44,300 nt of DNA from a virus (lineage: Duplodnaviria > Caudoviricetes): positions 1-44,300 of the IMG/VR virus record IMGVR_UViG_3300012953_000057. One strand, 5' to 3'. The notes under the pieces were generated by a model, which made no database searches, was not told where the DNA came from, and worked only from the letters and a program-made list of their open reading frames with translations. Shown one piece after another: positions 36,501 to 42,710 of the stretch. The position numbers and the translations under genes are program-made. The first letter of the stretch is position 1; each line of letters starts with the position of its first letter.

Positions 36501-38390
36501 AAAAATAGAATACAAGGTGGTAATAGACTAAGTGATAGAGCTCTAGATTATATAAACAATGCTCAAGGAACTATAATGTTCTTAAACATGAGATCAGCTT
36601 TATTACAAACAATATCTTCTGCTAACTATACTAATTTAAGTTTTAACAACCCTCTTAGAATGGGTCAAGCTTTTGCTAATCAAAAGCAATATTGGAAAGA
36701 CTTCATGGATATAATGAACTCTGATTACTTGGTTGATAGGCGTAATGGATTAAAATTAAATATATCTGAAAGTGAAATTGCTGACGCTGCTGCCACAGGT
36801 GGCAACAAAGCTAAAGCTGCTATAAACTATATATTAGAAAAAGGATATGCTCCAACTAAATTTGCTGATAGTTTTGCTATTGCTTCTGGAGGCGCTATGT
36901 GGTATAGAAATAGAATAAAAGATATAATTAAAAAAGAAGGTTTATCAGAGGTTGAGGCACAGAAAAAAGCTTTTGAAGAGTTTATGGAAATTTCAGAAAA
37001 ATCTCAACAGTCTTCTGATCCTAGTAAAATATCACAGCAACAATCTACTGACATGGGAAGATTACTTCTTCAGTTTGTTAATACACCTATGCAGTACAAT
37101 AGATTACAATTAGCCGACATAAAAGATCTTATAAACAGAAGAGGCAATCCACTTCAAAAAATAAGTAGAATAGCTTATTATGGAGCTGTACAAAACTTAT
37201 GGTTTAATTTTATGCAACAAGGTTTGTTTGCTTTAGGTTTTGGTGATGATGATGAATTTGGTGATGCAGAGATAGAAGACAAATACTTAAACACAGCTAA
37301 CAGCATGTTTGATAGTATATTAAGAGGTACAGGTCTAGCTGGTATGACGGTAAGTGTTATTAAAAATACGGTTCTAGATGCTTATAAAAGATCTGGAAGA
37401 ACTAGACCAGAGTATCAAGATGTAATATATAAGCTATTAGATTTTTCACCGGCTATAAAAAATAAATTTAGTAAAATAAAGAATGCTGCTTATCAGTTTG
37501 ATTCACCTATGAGAAGACAACAAATGATAGACAAAGGTTTTAGTTTAGACAATCCTGCATTTACAGCATTTGCTAAAGTAGTTTCAGCAGTTACTAATGT
37601 TCCGTTAGATCGAGGTTTACAAAAAATAGAAAACATACAATACGCTATGAGTGATGATAGCGAGACGTGGCAAAAGGTAGCAGCATTAATGGGTTGGCCA
37701 GAGTGGCAATTAACAGGTCAAGACGATAAAAAAGAAAATTGGGAAAAAGAAAAGGAAGATTTTCATTACAAACAAGCAATAGCAGATCCTTCAAAGTATT
37801 CTAAAGAAGAACAAGTAGATATACTTAAGCAACATGGGTATAGTGAAGATGACATTAAGAAAATGCAGAATGAAGGTACGAGAGTAGCAACTATATTAAA
37901 AGCTCAACAAGATAGTGGGAAAATATATAAGTCAAAAATACCATCCATTCCTAAGGAAAAAGACAAAACAACAGCTACTCCTTTTGTCAGAGAAGAAGAA
38001 AGAACAGATATAAGTGATGCTGATAAAAAAACAAATGCTAATGTTAAAAAATACTACAACATGAATAAGACTAGACAAGTAGAATTACTTGATAGCTTGG
38101 GATTCAGTAAAAAAACTATAAGAGAGAAATACAATACAGAACAAAAAAGAGTTGATAAACTATTGAGACTGATGGAAAATGATAGTATTCCGGCTAGACT
38201 TAAAAAATCATCTCCAATACCTGCTAGTAAAAGAACAAAGCAGCAGGCTAGATTATATAAGTTAAACAAACAAAACCAAATAGATACATTAATAAGCTTG
38301 GGACTAAGTGACTCAATAGCTAAAACACTTAAGTACGAAGCTGATAGAGTTAAAAAAATAGAAGAACTATATAAAAATAAAAATAAATGA
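27576..38390 (+). CDS. giant (3604 aa) multidomain internal virion/polyvalent protein: zincin HExxH, sigma-region-2-like segment, HAD phosphatase, C-terminal repeats
   Basis: Uninterrupted ORF. HEVIH at 31941-31955; VFDFDDTV/ILTAR/FADD..N HAD motifs at 35274-35700; Gly/Ala hydrophobic stretch at ~30130-30800. Last of three cargo-like genes. Confidence 0.8.
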   Translation: MPNYRDQIWDSLTAGDSGYAQRAGSKEAWMKDLYSSSSFTVNLYKWLKENNNDLVSDVSTPQDFYTKMTDGLGKGEPQKQISREQQEFNQFYSTYKPLLEGKKDEEIISAYKSGKIGNMKTGIFNLDSIDRSIKYSTQQMKNLITGDGNAYSGVLKPKNDFLSGVLKPKDDKIDDDIALKKPMYHNASLKFLPELSDEGGDVNDMLHSHFGKVPNSPWKVMTHDFALDMDKIGEVRTYLTMLKNAGASKETLDKVAYLNLKGNQQVYANKSKIDAVSPNNKGFESSVISTKDAQGESVGFGGFLTNYLNSNDGTPMSPEIVNTWWNEKTIEPIKQEDPKFFNGLQMFSDEETRDEYSELLGNYYEANSNWQKVQRGELTGMGIFNVTLNDQGRGQSLYNETLYDYANATNKLMTFWFNKSPEGAKLKNEITKASIIANKTQSEELIANNVDSDLNVVDASINLDGKTTDSSKANIKKKVQTIKTITDLDTYNSSANQISVLGRFTAQDADDIVTLNQESLVLRDQYQNAINIKAEEIYNGFSEEYKKEKGNEALMEATVKATEQLGKDPNFVKLMEMGDKYKSIIQRGFKDLKLGEIKMIIDPMTGETILNPKKEDLSDAGKKALTEYEEIFNSYNTGIFTNETVGNLLRNVQLALMTNIKDIRGVYDEAGYLRQTEGFSMGALTQEFSESFNVTTKLDSKTTADDFRYFDKAIANFDKTGLLNFEELTPLVGSSRHIAVQEYNSNLNKLRALSEVYLLNYDPLQTMKNENAKLKEDESYLIDGGSRLLRGMIDGGPEAIGLKSLSNVALTDEDIQQEFVYSMAEDFGIDENEKGEKLQDVLNKKIEDKSMFYKVGKVVPQFGVMLLETAAIEFATMGMGSEIALANIGYKATRMFRYLFRATKLASKAPRFSRRAATVMGGWTKAMVHEAMILEGSNQIGGALWGRERMPVGSFAFGAVGAKMGFKMLSRNYAGFKAAMLARQGMLGRGAIGKVWTETTEIMAKNPLLVGGISYMPKKMLQAGIGTATIKSGEMIGSIADLWKGEMSYQQFWDHALDEDSFIETFGAMMVMGARTSFKDGRLAFKHVSNNVTSMTGNAGTKKWNVMGKQMGLPKIKKWSRDSHGEGKTHWSEAQLAEAQTKKIQEINNNKNLNDAQKKAEIENTNKIFKFLSLKSALDGYRMEGEAAAKAHVFGEGTMNSNMDKIINRISRGENTNLRDQILLGQQLRYEAVDFQGKTDLYTQNRLIKELQGAGMSEKAAQNYVEGCKELASVQDGYQFKEGSNTQKNFFKAQKESMELNSKEKSLREAYKANNISKSTLDLELEMIKERQSELLEVERKLIKENAASNKADIETIKREFNKAEVKEYETTAELNEALKKFKDRGIEAGDINETNYGYNFNVGGKEFVFVDKSKANTARIEFEKEFERSKPMFGEAGSGNSFKIIDGAKKNTMFHEVIHPVIEGYIKGPKGEILVDQFVDVLKQTGEYELVLDQLKSHPDYKQGYRGSEWMTIYAEMVRDGRLDPYIKGAKKTRAFKNFKSKLNELISDSNKNFGEEFFADGVDARDFLLHYAKAEGKDFAKASKVANEAVQEFNNPSELFKSANKKVADVGPEINKLYLKYKDTWSEGGSRKALQEITKKGLLDKLIGAQLPVNRYEKGWTPELDKQFVQSVYGELTNHIKGFDKAKQTTSGSKGFFPWINSYIYQKGLNIKKAMGVFDTELSLDKLKEDGGFDPTDGSYKTFGEGPVKPAYKPLTSKQVLLKTKLKPESTTKLDKTFAELDFKKLIKAFNTPAGKNQTISPFIREFKKDFGAKGQKAVAETMGKKKADYLRYLDNAFEGIIETLPVGYLSRNFPYLVEKSAEASSTGRDNRFTSGPRAIKLKSNITELDKTQFIKDAAPSRWQAKRDGLAYQIADSYGSKRFLEIVDAKNEIENKLDLAEKDFETSQNELADGQISRKEFDVRRDNYMSDVKRLMAEGNAIEGFDQAFKEGDVKSFQEKVNQQIEISNFRKSAAVRKAINDHVKGRASSMLDIIADVNNKMMELAPKLGRTLDADKVREIYGELVGKEYAGGFEITKGVATAMAKEFVKTRSRVQEGFKATKLKIEAEGAKLKKIQSEIEKDVLEYETKEALDEMTAEKTEADKMAKQLLGEKAQYTLKENAYLRAEEGIVRTMDYFERKLDGLEGKELEAAVTNYLKNNAGHLVTAGGIEGHRGQFFKAMPDLLARMKPILEAKGVELEFKTNEKGRLTGGVKLNGEKLDLTKKSQKPESVRYLLDYVKEIAKDPNWAENNPEKFEKLVEEYETRLAESELSRDALVDEIVDDFVQFKKGKMDAEMLVLKLNSYNTNMRTHLREAAGLADVMVPLEGDILKDLTIEHKRAADPMLRRIVAEMQNKNNWKGLELKQSARENINKLFEQYETALVETSRTKGDKNSFDKMLEDSFKTETPRKSLIVKGGERYPRAYNKFTLGDRRARAMLDLKKYIETKDFEASKYGKEHEIAAKIERNEKVTDYDRKVVDNISYMSKSATKGKSKSELIEITDKADKALENGRKIDAPVKKARVFDFDDTVARTNSKVFATKGGEKKILTAEEFAKNGKDLVDAGWKMDFSDFNKVVDGKKGPLFDLMKKMKEAEGDRDMFILTARAAESAPAIHEFLKQMGIDIPLENIVGLGNSTGEAKAQWLVGKAGEGYNDFYFADDHMANVDAVKKALEPIDVKSQVQQARINKSSVDLDKRFNQIIEGKTGIGAEKEFSKAKAKVRGAEVSSYKLMGPSAQDFSGLMDYTLGKGKVGEAQREFYNETLYKPYSRAQRALSQDRVNLMSDFKALKAELEVPKDLRETTKSGFTKEQAVRVNLYTKAGYEVPGISKTDLAELNKIVENDPKLSTFANQILSITKGDGYAKPKQHWLSGTITTDFLDLLNTTKRGKYLQEWQANVDVMFSEKNMNKLEAAYGPKYREALENSLARMKAGKNRIQGGNRLSDRALDYINNAQGTIMFLNMRSALLQTISSANYTNLSFNNPLRMGQAFANQKQYWKDFMDIMNSDYLVDRRNGLKLNISESEIADAAATGGNKAKAAINYILEKGYAPTKFADSFAIASGGAMWYRNRIKDIIKKEGLSEVEAQKKAFEEFMEISEKSQQSSDPSKISQQQSTDMGRLLLQFVNTPMQYNRLQLADIKDLINRRGNPLQKISRIAYYGAVQNLWFNFMQQGLFALGFGDDDEFGDAEIEDKYLNTANSMFDSILRGTGLAGMTVSVIKNTVLDAYKRSGRTRPEYQDVIYKLLDFSPAIKNKFSKIKNAAYQFDSPMRRQQMIDKGFSLDNPAFTAFAKVVSAVTNVPLDRGLQKIENIQYAMSDDSETWQKVAALMGWPEWQLTGQDDKKENWEKEKEDFHYKQAIADPSKYSKEEQVDILKQHGYSEDDIKKMQNEGTRVATILKAQQDSGKIYKSKIPSIPKEKDKTTATPFVREEERTDISDADKKTNANVKKYYNMNKTRQVELLDSLGFSKKTIREKYNTEQKRVDKLLRLMENDSIPARLKKSSPIPASKRTKQQARLYKLNKQNQIDTLISLGLSDSIAKTLKYEADRVKKIEELYKNKNK
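28029..28088 (+). repeat. 33-nt-period tandem duplication inside the giant ORF
   Basis: TCTGGAGTTTTAAAGCCAAAAAACGAT / TCCGGTGTATTAAAGCCAAAAGACGAT, encoding SGVLKPKND / SGVLKPKDD. Confidence 0.85.
37794..38372 (+). repeat. three ~38-aa helical protein repeats
   Basis: KYSKEEQVDILKQHGYS..., NMNKTRQVELLDSLGFS... and KLNKQNQIDTLISLGLS..., each ending E..RV..(I/L). Confidence 0.8.
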
Positions 38391-38662
38391 AAATAGGAGA
38401 AGGAACGGAGTTTAAAATAGACATAAAAACTGTTGTAAGTATTATAGTAGTAACGTCGATGTTTGTAGGTATGTATTATACTCTTGCTTCTGATATAGAA
38501 GAAGCAAAAAAATTACCGCCATCAGAAATAAAAAGATTAGAATATGATCTTAAACAAGAGTGGCAAACAAAACACATAAGTGACCTTGAAGAAAAAGTAG
38601 ATGAGATACTACATTGGTGTAGAGAGGTTGATAAAGAAATATACAAAAAAAGTAAAAAATAA
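38387..38662 (+). CDS. small membrane-anchored coiled-coil protein
   Basis: One hydrophobic helix (VVSIIVVTSMFVGMYY) followed by a coiled coil; ATGA-type overlap with the giant ORF. Confidence 0.7.
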   Translation: MKIGEGTEFKIDIKTVVSIIVVTSMFVGMYYTLASDIEEAKKLPPSEIKRLEYDLKQEWQTKHISDLEEKVDEILHWCREVDKEIYKKSKK

Positions 38663-38664
38663 TT

Positions 38665-39000
38665 ATGAAACCAGCAAAGAAAAAAGTAACAACTAAAGGT
38701 TCTAAAAGAAAACCAGGTGGACAAACAAAAACTTATACTAAAAAAGGTAAAGTAAAAGCAGTTTTAAATACTAATTATTCAGGACAGAAAGAAGTTTTTT
38801 CTTCAAGTGGTAATCCTAGATTTTTAGATGTAACTACTACTAGTAAAATGGTTAAGACACCATCAGCTAAATCTCTAGATATATACAATAGAAAAGGTGA
38901 GGTTAAAAAAACACTGGTAGCTACTAATAAAGGTGGCACTGGTATGAGTGCTAGAAAAGCTAACAAGCTTAATAGAAAATTCAACAGAATGTCACGATGA
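38665..39000 (+). CDS. Lys-rich basic hypothetical protein
   Basis: 111 aa; composition and K..KG.VKK segments similar to 276-509. Confidence 0.7.
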   Translation: MKPAKKKVTTKGSKRKPGGQTKTYTKKGKVKAVLNTNYSGQKEVFSSSGNPRFLDVTTTSKMVKTPSAKSLDIYNRKGEVKKTLVATNKGGTGMSARKANKLNRKFNRMSR

Positions 39001-39110
39001 AAAAAAAGAAAAAGAAAAACCCATGCTGGAAAGGATATGAAGCAATAGGTATGAAGAAAAAAGGAGGCAAACAAGTACCTAATTGTGTGCCTATAAAAAA
39101 GAAAAAGTAA
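38997..39110 (+). CDS. 37-aa basic peptide with PCWKGY...VPNCVP motif (not in ORF track)
   Basis: MKKKKKKNPCWKGYEAIGMKKKGGKQVPNCVPIKKKK*; ATGA overlap upstream and TAATG overlap downstream. Confidence 0.8.
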   Translation: MKKKKKKNPCWKGYEAIGMKKKGGKQVPNCVPIKKKK

Positions 39111-39358
39111 TGGCTATACGTAAGACTACTAAAGGTCAAGGACGAAACTTCAGAACAACAGAAGAAGGTGCTGGCATGACTTCTAAAGGTGTTAAAGCTT
39201 ATAGAAAGAAAAATCCTGGTAGTAAGCTAAAGACAGCTGTAACTGGTAAGGTAAAAAAAGGTAGTAAAGCTTGGAAAAGAAGAAAAGCTTTTTGTGCTAG
39301 ATCAAAAGGATGGACTGGTGAAAGAGGTAAAGCAGCTAGAAAAAGATGGAAATGTTAA
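39110..39358 (+). CDS. small basic protein, DUF6321-like
   Basis: GMTSKGVKAYRKKNPGSKLKTAV...RRKAFCAR...ARKRWKC. The ATG at 39110 (TAATG) is preferred over the track start at 39083. Confidence 0.7.
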   Translation: MAIRKTTKGQGRNFRTTEEGAGMTSKGVKAYRKKNPGSKLKTAVTGKVKKGSKAWKRRKAFCARSKGWTGERGKAARKRWKC

Positions 39359-39362
39359 TATT

Positions 39363-39566
39363 ATGGGACATAGAAATAAAAAAATGAACAAAGATTGGGG
39401 AGGTTTTCTTAAGAGAAAAACTCACGGTGTAGAAATAGATGGTAAAGAATATCAAATGAAAGCCTATAAAATACCTAGAAGTAAAAAAGCAAAAGCTAAA
39501 GGTAAGTTAGGTCTTTTTGCTATAAAAGATCCTATACATAGAGAAATGTATAGAAATGTAAAATAA
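39363..39566 (+). CDS. small basic hypothetical protein
   Basis: ATG 39363 lies just after the previous stop; last gene of the + arm. Confidence 0.65.
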   Translation: MGHRNKKMNKDWGGFLKRKTHGVEIDGKEYQMKAYKIPRSKKAKAKGKLGLFAIKDPIHREMYRNVK

Positions 39567-39610
39567 GGAACAAAAAAAACTGGGCACCATACCCAAAGTT
39601 CCTGTAACCC

Positions 39611-39640
39611 AAGGGAGATCGAAAGGTCTCCCTTTTTTTT
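39611..39640 (+). terminator. intrinsic terminator ending the late arm
   Basis: AAGGGAGATC-GAAA-GGTCTCCC followed by T8; GNRA loop. Confidence 0.9.
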
Positions 39641-39670
39641 ATTAGTGTAATGTTAACACTAAGGTAAGGA

Positions 39671-39700
39671 AATAAAAAAACCCTACTGTGATAGTAGGGT
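39671..39700 (-). terminator. intrinsic terminator for the - strand arm
   Basis: On the - strand ACCCTACT-ATCAC-AGTAGGGT is followed by TTTTTTATT. Confidence 0.8.
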
Positions 39701-39780
39701 GATGCATATATATTTAGTTGTATTGCTCTCTACAGTTCTAGAGGGTACATACATAGTGTTTCTTTGGAGACATTATTTAA

Positions 39781-39824
39781 AAATAAGGAAGGGTAGCTAC
39801 GATAAGTAACTACCCTTTTTATTT
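39781..39824. terminator. bidirectional terminator-like hairpin
   Basis: AAATAAGGAAGGGTAG...CTACCCTTTTTATTT inverted repeat 40-85 nt downstream of the reductase stop. Confidence 0.7.
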
Positions 39825-39865
39825 ATACTATGGAATGCGCGCTCAATTATCCTGGAACCATAGTA

Positions 39866-41728
39866 TTAATTAATTTCACAAGCCCCACCAGCGCAAGCAA
39901 GCTCACCACTAAGATCAGTGTTGTCTTCGGATTCGAGTACATTTTCTAAATTTATACTTGTTATTTGTTGTAACCTATTTATATAGGTTCCTTCATCAAT
40001 ATCCTCAAAAGGAGCTTGAGTATATGTTCCACCATCAAATGGTAGTACAGAAAGACCATTGTAATACTTTCTGTTATCCCACATCCACTCTCCTGCATCT
40101 TCCCACTCTTCAGGTTTTAAACTAACAGTAGCAGACACATTGTGAGTATTAGATCCTTTTCTATGACCAGGTACAACCCACTCTGTTGCCACCTTTTTTA
40201 TACGTTCAAGTAATTGAAAAGGTGATTCAGTTCTAAGTATAGATCCAGCTGGAGCTTTTTGAGGTATACTTATTACAGCTGTATCATGGGGTCTAAAAAA
40301 TTCATCTTCAACTAACATTGGATGATTTTCAACTAAGTATTTATATATACTTTCGTTTTTACCAACCCTGATCCTACGGATGTAATAATCATTGTGCCAT
40401 GCGTGAATACCAGATGACGTTCCCAGTGCTAGAGATGTTGTCCCTGCAGGCTTTACAGTTGTACATCTAGCTGCAGAATTAATTCCAATCAGCTTCGCGA
40501 CTCTTGCGTTTTCTCTTTTTACTACACTTGCGGCTTTCTTCATGTCGTATCCTAACACCGTGCCCGAGCCGATCCCAGTCATCGAGACGCCTATTAAAGC
40601 GTCTTTCTCTGTTGTTTGTTGCCATACTTCTCTTAAATAGTGAAAGTCTGTATAGCCAGCTTGTAATGTTCCAATGAACGCAGCGGCTTTCACTCTATTG
40701 TTTAAATCTTCTTGTGATTCAATATCACTAGCGTTTACTTCACACAGGTTACAAAACTGATATGGTCGTAAAGCTATTTCACAACAAGGGTTTGTACCCC
40801 AGTCTTTGTCGTTGTTAAAGTATATTCCAGGTTCTCCTGCTCCTGATAGTTCTACACGTTTCCATAGATCCATAAAAAACTCTTTAGTCACCTTATGTCT
40901 CATAAGAACAGCTGAATTATTTGCCCTTCCTCTTTGTGGGTTTGTTTCCCACCAATTTCCAGACTTCGCCGATATCATTTCGTCGTCGTCTGCTGAGAAC
41001 AAACTGATCAGAGCCGCGCGTCGGATCCCACCAGCTAATACGGCGTCTGCAATATGGCAAACTATATCGTGTACTTCTAATGTGGAGAGAGTATCTGTCT
41101 CTTCCTTTGAGTCTAAGACTCCTGTTATCTTTACTATACATTCTTTAAGTGGTTGAGGTCCAGGTGCTTTACCACCAGACGTTACTAACATTGCACCTTT
41201 AGGGCGTATATCAGAGTAATCAAACTCTATTCGTGAACTTCTCTTGTCACCTAAATATGATTTCATTAATACTTTAATAGCATCAGCCCAACCTTCAATT
41301 GAGTCACCTATTAAAAATCTTCTAGTTCTTTTTGTGTATGGTTTAGTAATACCAGGTAGCTTGTCAACGTGGTGTTGTTGTACAGAATAACCTACACCAG
41401 TACCACCTAGTAATAAAAACATTATCTCATTAAACGATTCAATATGATCGATAGGTAAGTAAGCGCAATTATACACACGATTAGGTGATATTTCAATCGG
41501 CTTACCTCCGAATTGAAGCGATCGCATACTTGGTAAAATCTTTTTTTCATAGACTAATTTATATGTTGTTTTAATGTCGTCTGTGAGCTCAGGATATTTT
41601 TTAATATGCATATTCATGTTGCGTGTTACTAGTTCGTCCCATGTCTCCCTACGGCTTAATTCAGGGATATATTTTGCATATTTCATATAAACTGTTATAT
41701 CACTTAGTATCTTGTTTGATAACTCCAT
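39866..41728 (-). CDS. nrdJ: class II (adenosylcobalamin-dependent) ribonucleotide reductase
   Basis: RETW.E.V.R, LPSMR, YNC, V.AGGIRRAALI, GEPG, TNPCCEI, CNLCE, TTVKPAGT and C-terminal CAGGAC; no adjacent small subunit gene. Confidence 0.92.
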   Translation of the reverse strand: MELSNKILSDITVYMKYAKYIPELSRRETWDELVTRNMNMHIKKYPELTDDIKTTYKLVYEKKILPSMRSLQFGGKPIEISPNRVYNCAYLPIDHIESFNEIMFLLLGGTGVGYSVQQHHVDKLPGITKPYTKRTRRFLIGDSIEGWADAIKVLMKSYLGDKRSSRIEFDYSDIRPKGAMLVTSGGKAPGPQPLKECIVKITGVLDSKEETDTLSTLEVHDIVCHIADAVLAGGIRRAALISLFSADDDEMISAKSGNWWETNPQRGRANNSAVLMRHKVTKEFFMDLWKRVELSGAGEPGIYFNNDKDWGTNPCCEIALRPYQFCNLCEVNASDIESQEDLNNRVKAAAFIGTLQAGYTDFHYLREVWQQTTEKDALIGVSMTGIGSGTVLGYDMKKAASVVKRENARVAKLIGINSAARCTTVKPAGTTSLALGTSSGIHAWHNDYYIRRIRVGKNESIYKYLVENHPMLVEDEFFRPHDTAVISIPQKAPAGSILRTESPFQLLERIKKVATEWVVPGHRKGSNTHNVSATVSLKPEEWEDAGEWMWDNRKYYNGLSVLPFDGGTYTQAPFEDIDEGTYINRLQQITSINLENVLESEDNTDLSGELACAGGACEIN

Positions 41729-41924
41729 TCGCTTCTTTCTCTTTATTAGTTACACTTTTTTGTAGATCTTCTATAGCTTTGTCATAATCAGGCATAAGCT
41801 TAATAGTCTCTAACGTTCCAACAGCTAAATCTCTTAGCTGCGTGTTTTCATTAATCAAATGTTGTACTACATTAGTTAACGCTTGTATTTTGTTTTGCAT
41901 TTCTAGCAATTTACTTTCTTTCAT
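41700..41924 (-). CDS. small coiled-coil hypothetical protein
   Basis: 74-aa ORF coupled to TonB by TAATG and overlapping the nrdJ start. Confidence 0.7.
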   Translation of the reverse strand: MKESKLLEMQNKIQALTNVVQHLINENTQLRDLAVGTLETIKLMPDYDKAIEDLQKSVTNKEKEANGVIKQDTK

Positions 41925-42559
41925 TAATCTATTTTAAATTTTATTGGTAAAGTAAAACGAGCATTTACATTTTTACCTCTTTGCTTACCTGGTTTCCAAG
42001 AAGGCATTTTTGTTATAACTCTTAAAGCTTCTTCATTTAGTAACCTATGTGGTCCTTTTACAACTTTAACATCTTTAATCGTACCATCTTTCCATACAAC
42101 AAATTGGACAAATACTTTTCCTTGTATACTAAAGTCTTTAGCTTGTTCAGGGTAGTTAATATTATCACCTAAGTATTCGTATAATTTTTCAACACCTCCT
42201 ATATACTCAGGCATCTCTTCAACAATATCAAATATAGTTTCAACTATAGGTTCTGTTTCTTCTTCTACATCTACAACTATGTCTATATCTATTTCATTGC
42301 TAACTATTAATATTGGTTTGTCTATTACCTCTTCATCTTTAATAACCTCTACAACTTCAGGTATTGAAATTGGAGGTGGAGGTGGGGGTGGTATAATTGG
42401 TTTGTTTATCTCAACTACTTCTTCATCTTCTAAACTTACTAAAGAAGATGTTATATTATAGGAATTAGCTGATATGGTTTTGTATTCAAATAAACAAACA
42501 GATAAAGCTAACGTTGTTGTTAAACCAGCTAGCGCATATGTTAATCTATTGTACTTCAT
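41924..42559 (-). CDS. tonB: energy transducer TonB family protein
   Basis: N-terminal TM helix ending FEYKT, poly-Pro/acidic linker, then VEEMPEYIGG...INYPEQA....IQGKVFVQFVV..DG....V...L.EEALRV...MP.WKPG.QRGK.V....LPI.F (TonB C-terminal domain, Bacteroidota style). Confidence 0.92.
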   Translation of the reverse strand: MKYNRLTYALAGLTTTLALSVCLFEYKTISANSYNITSSLVSLEDEEVVEINKPIIPPPPPPPISIPEVVEVIKDEEVIDKPILIVSNEIDIDIVVDVEEETEPIVETIFDIVEEMPEYIGGVEKLYEYLGDNINYPEQAKDFSIQGKVFVQFVVWKDGTIKDVKVVKGPHRLLNEEALRVITKMPSWKPGKQRGKNVNARFTLPIKFKID

Positions 42560-42710
42560 ATTTATTACTATATTTTATTAAATCTTTATATTTTAAATAA
42601 CCTTTGCTTTCTATGCTCCAGTTTATAAATTTTTGTAGCTGTCTTTCAGCATACTTTCTTCTTGCTAAGTCTTTTTGTTCCCAAGAATTAAGCTTACGGT
42701 TTCGTCGCAT
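42546..42710 (-). CDS. small hypothetical protein (not in ORF track)
   Basis: MRRNRKLNSWEQKDLARRKYAERQLQKFINWSIESKGYLKYKDLIKYSNKYEVQ* bridges the gap between the endonuclease and TonB. Confidence 0.55.
   Translation of the reverse strand: MRRNRKLNSWEQKDLARRKYAERQLQKFINWSIESKGYLKYKDLIKYSNKYEVQ

Noticed and set aside
39810-39866. Riboswitch (preQ1-I, SAM-II or cobalamin) near nrdJ
   Set aside because: Only superficial similarity, the element is 3' of the gene, and the required pseudoknot pairings could not be found; retained only as an unexplained hairpin.
39566-39866. CRISPR mini-array, tRNA or attachment site in the spacer
   Set aside because: No direct repeats with spacers, no cloverleaf or T-loop consensus, and no integrase in the window.
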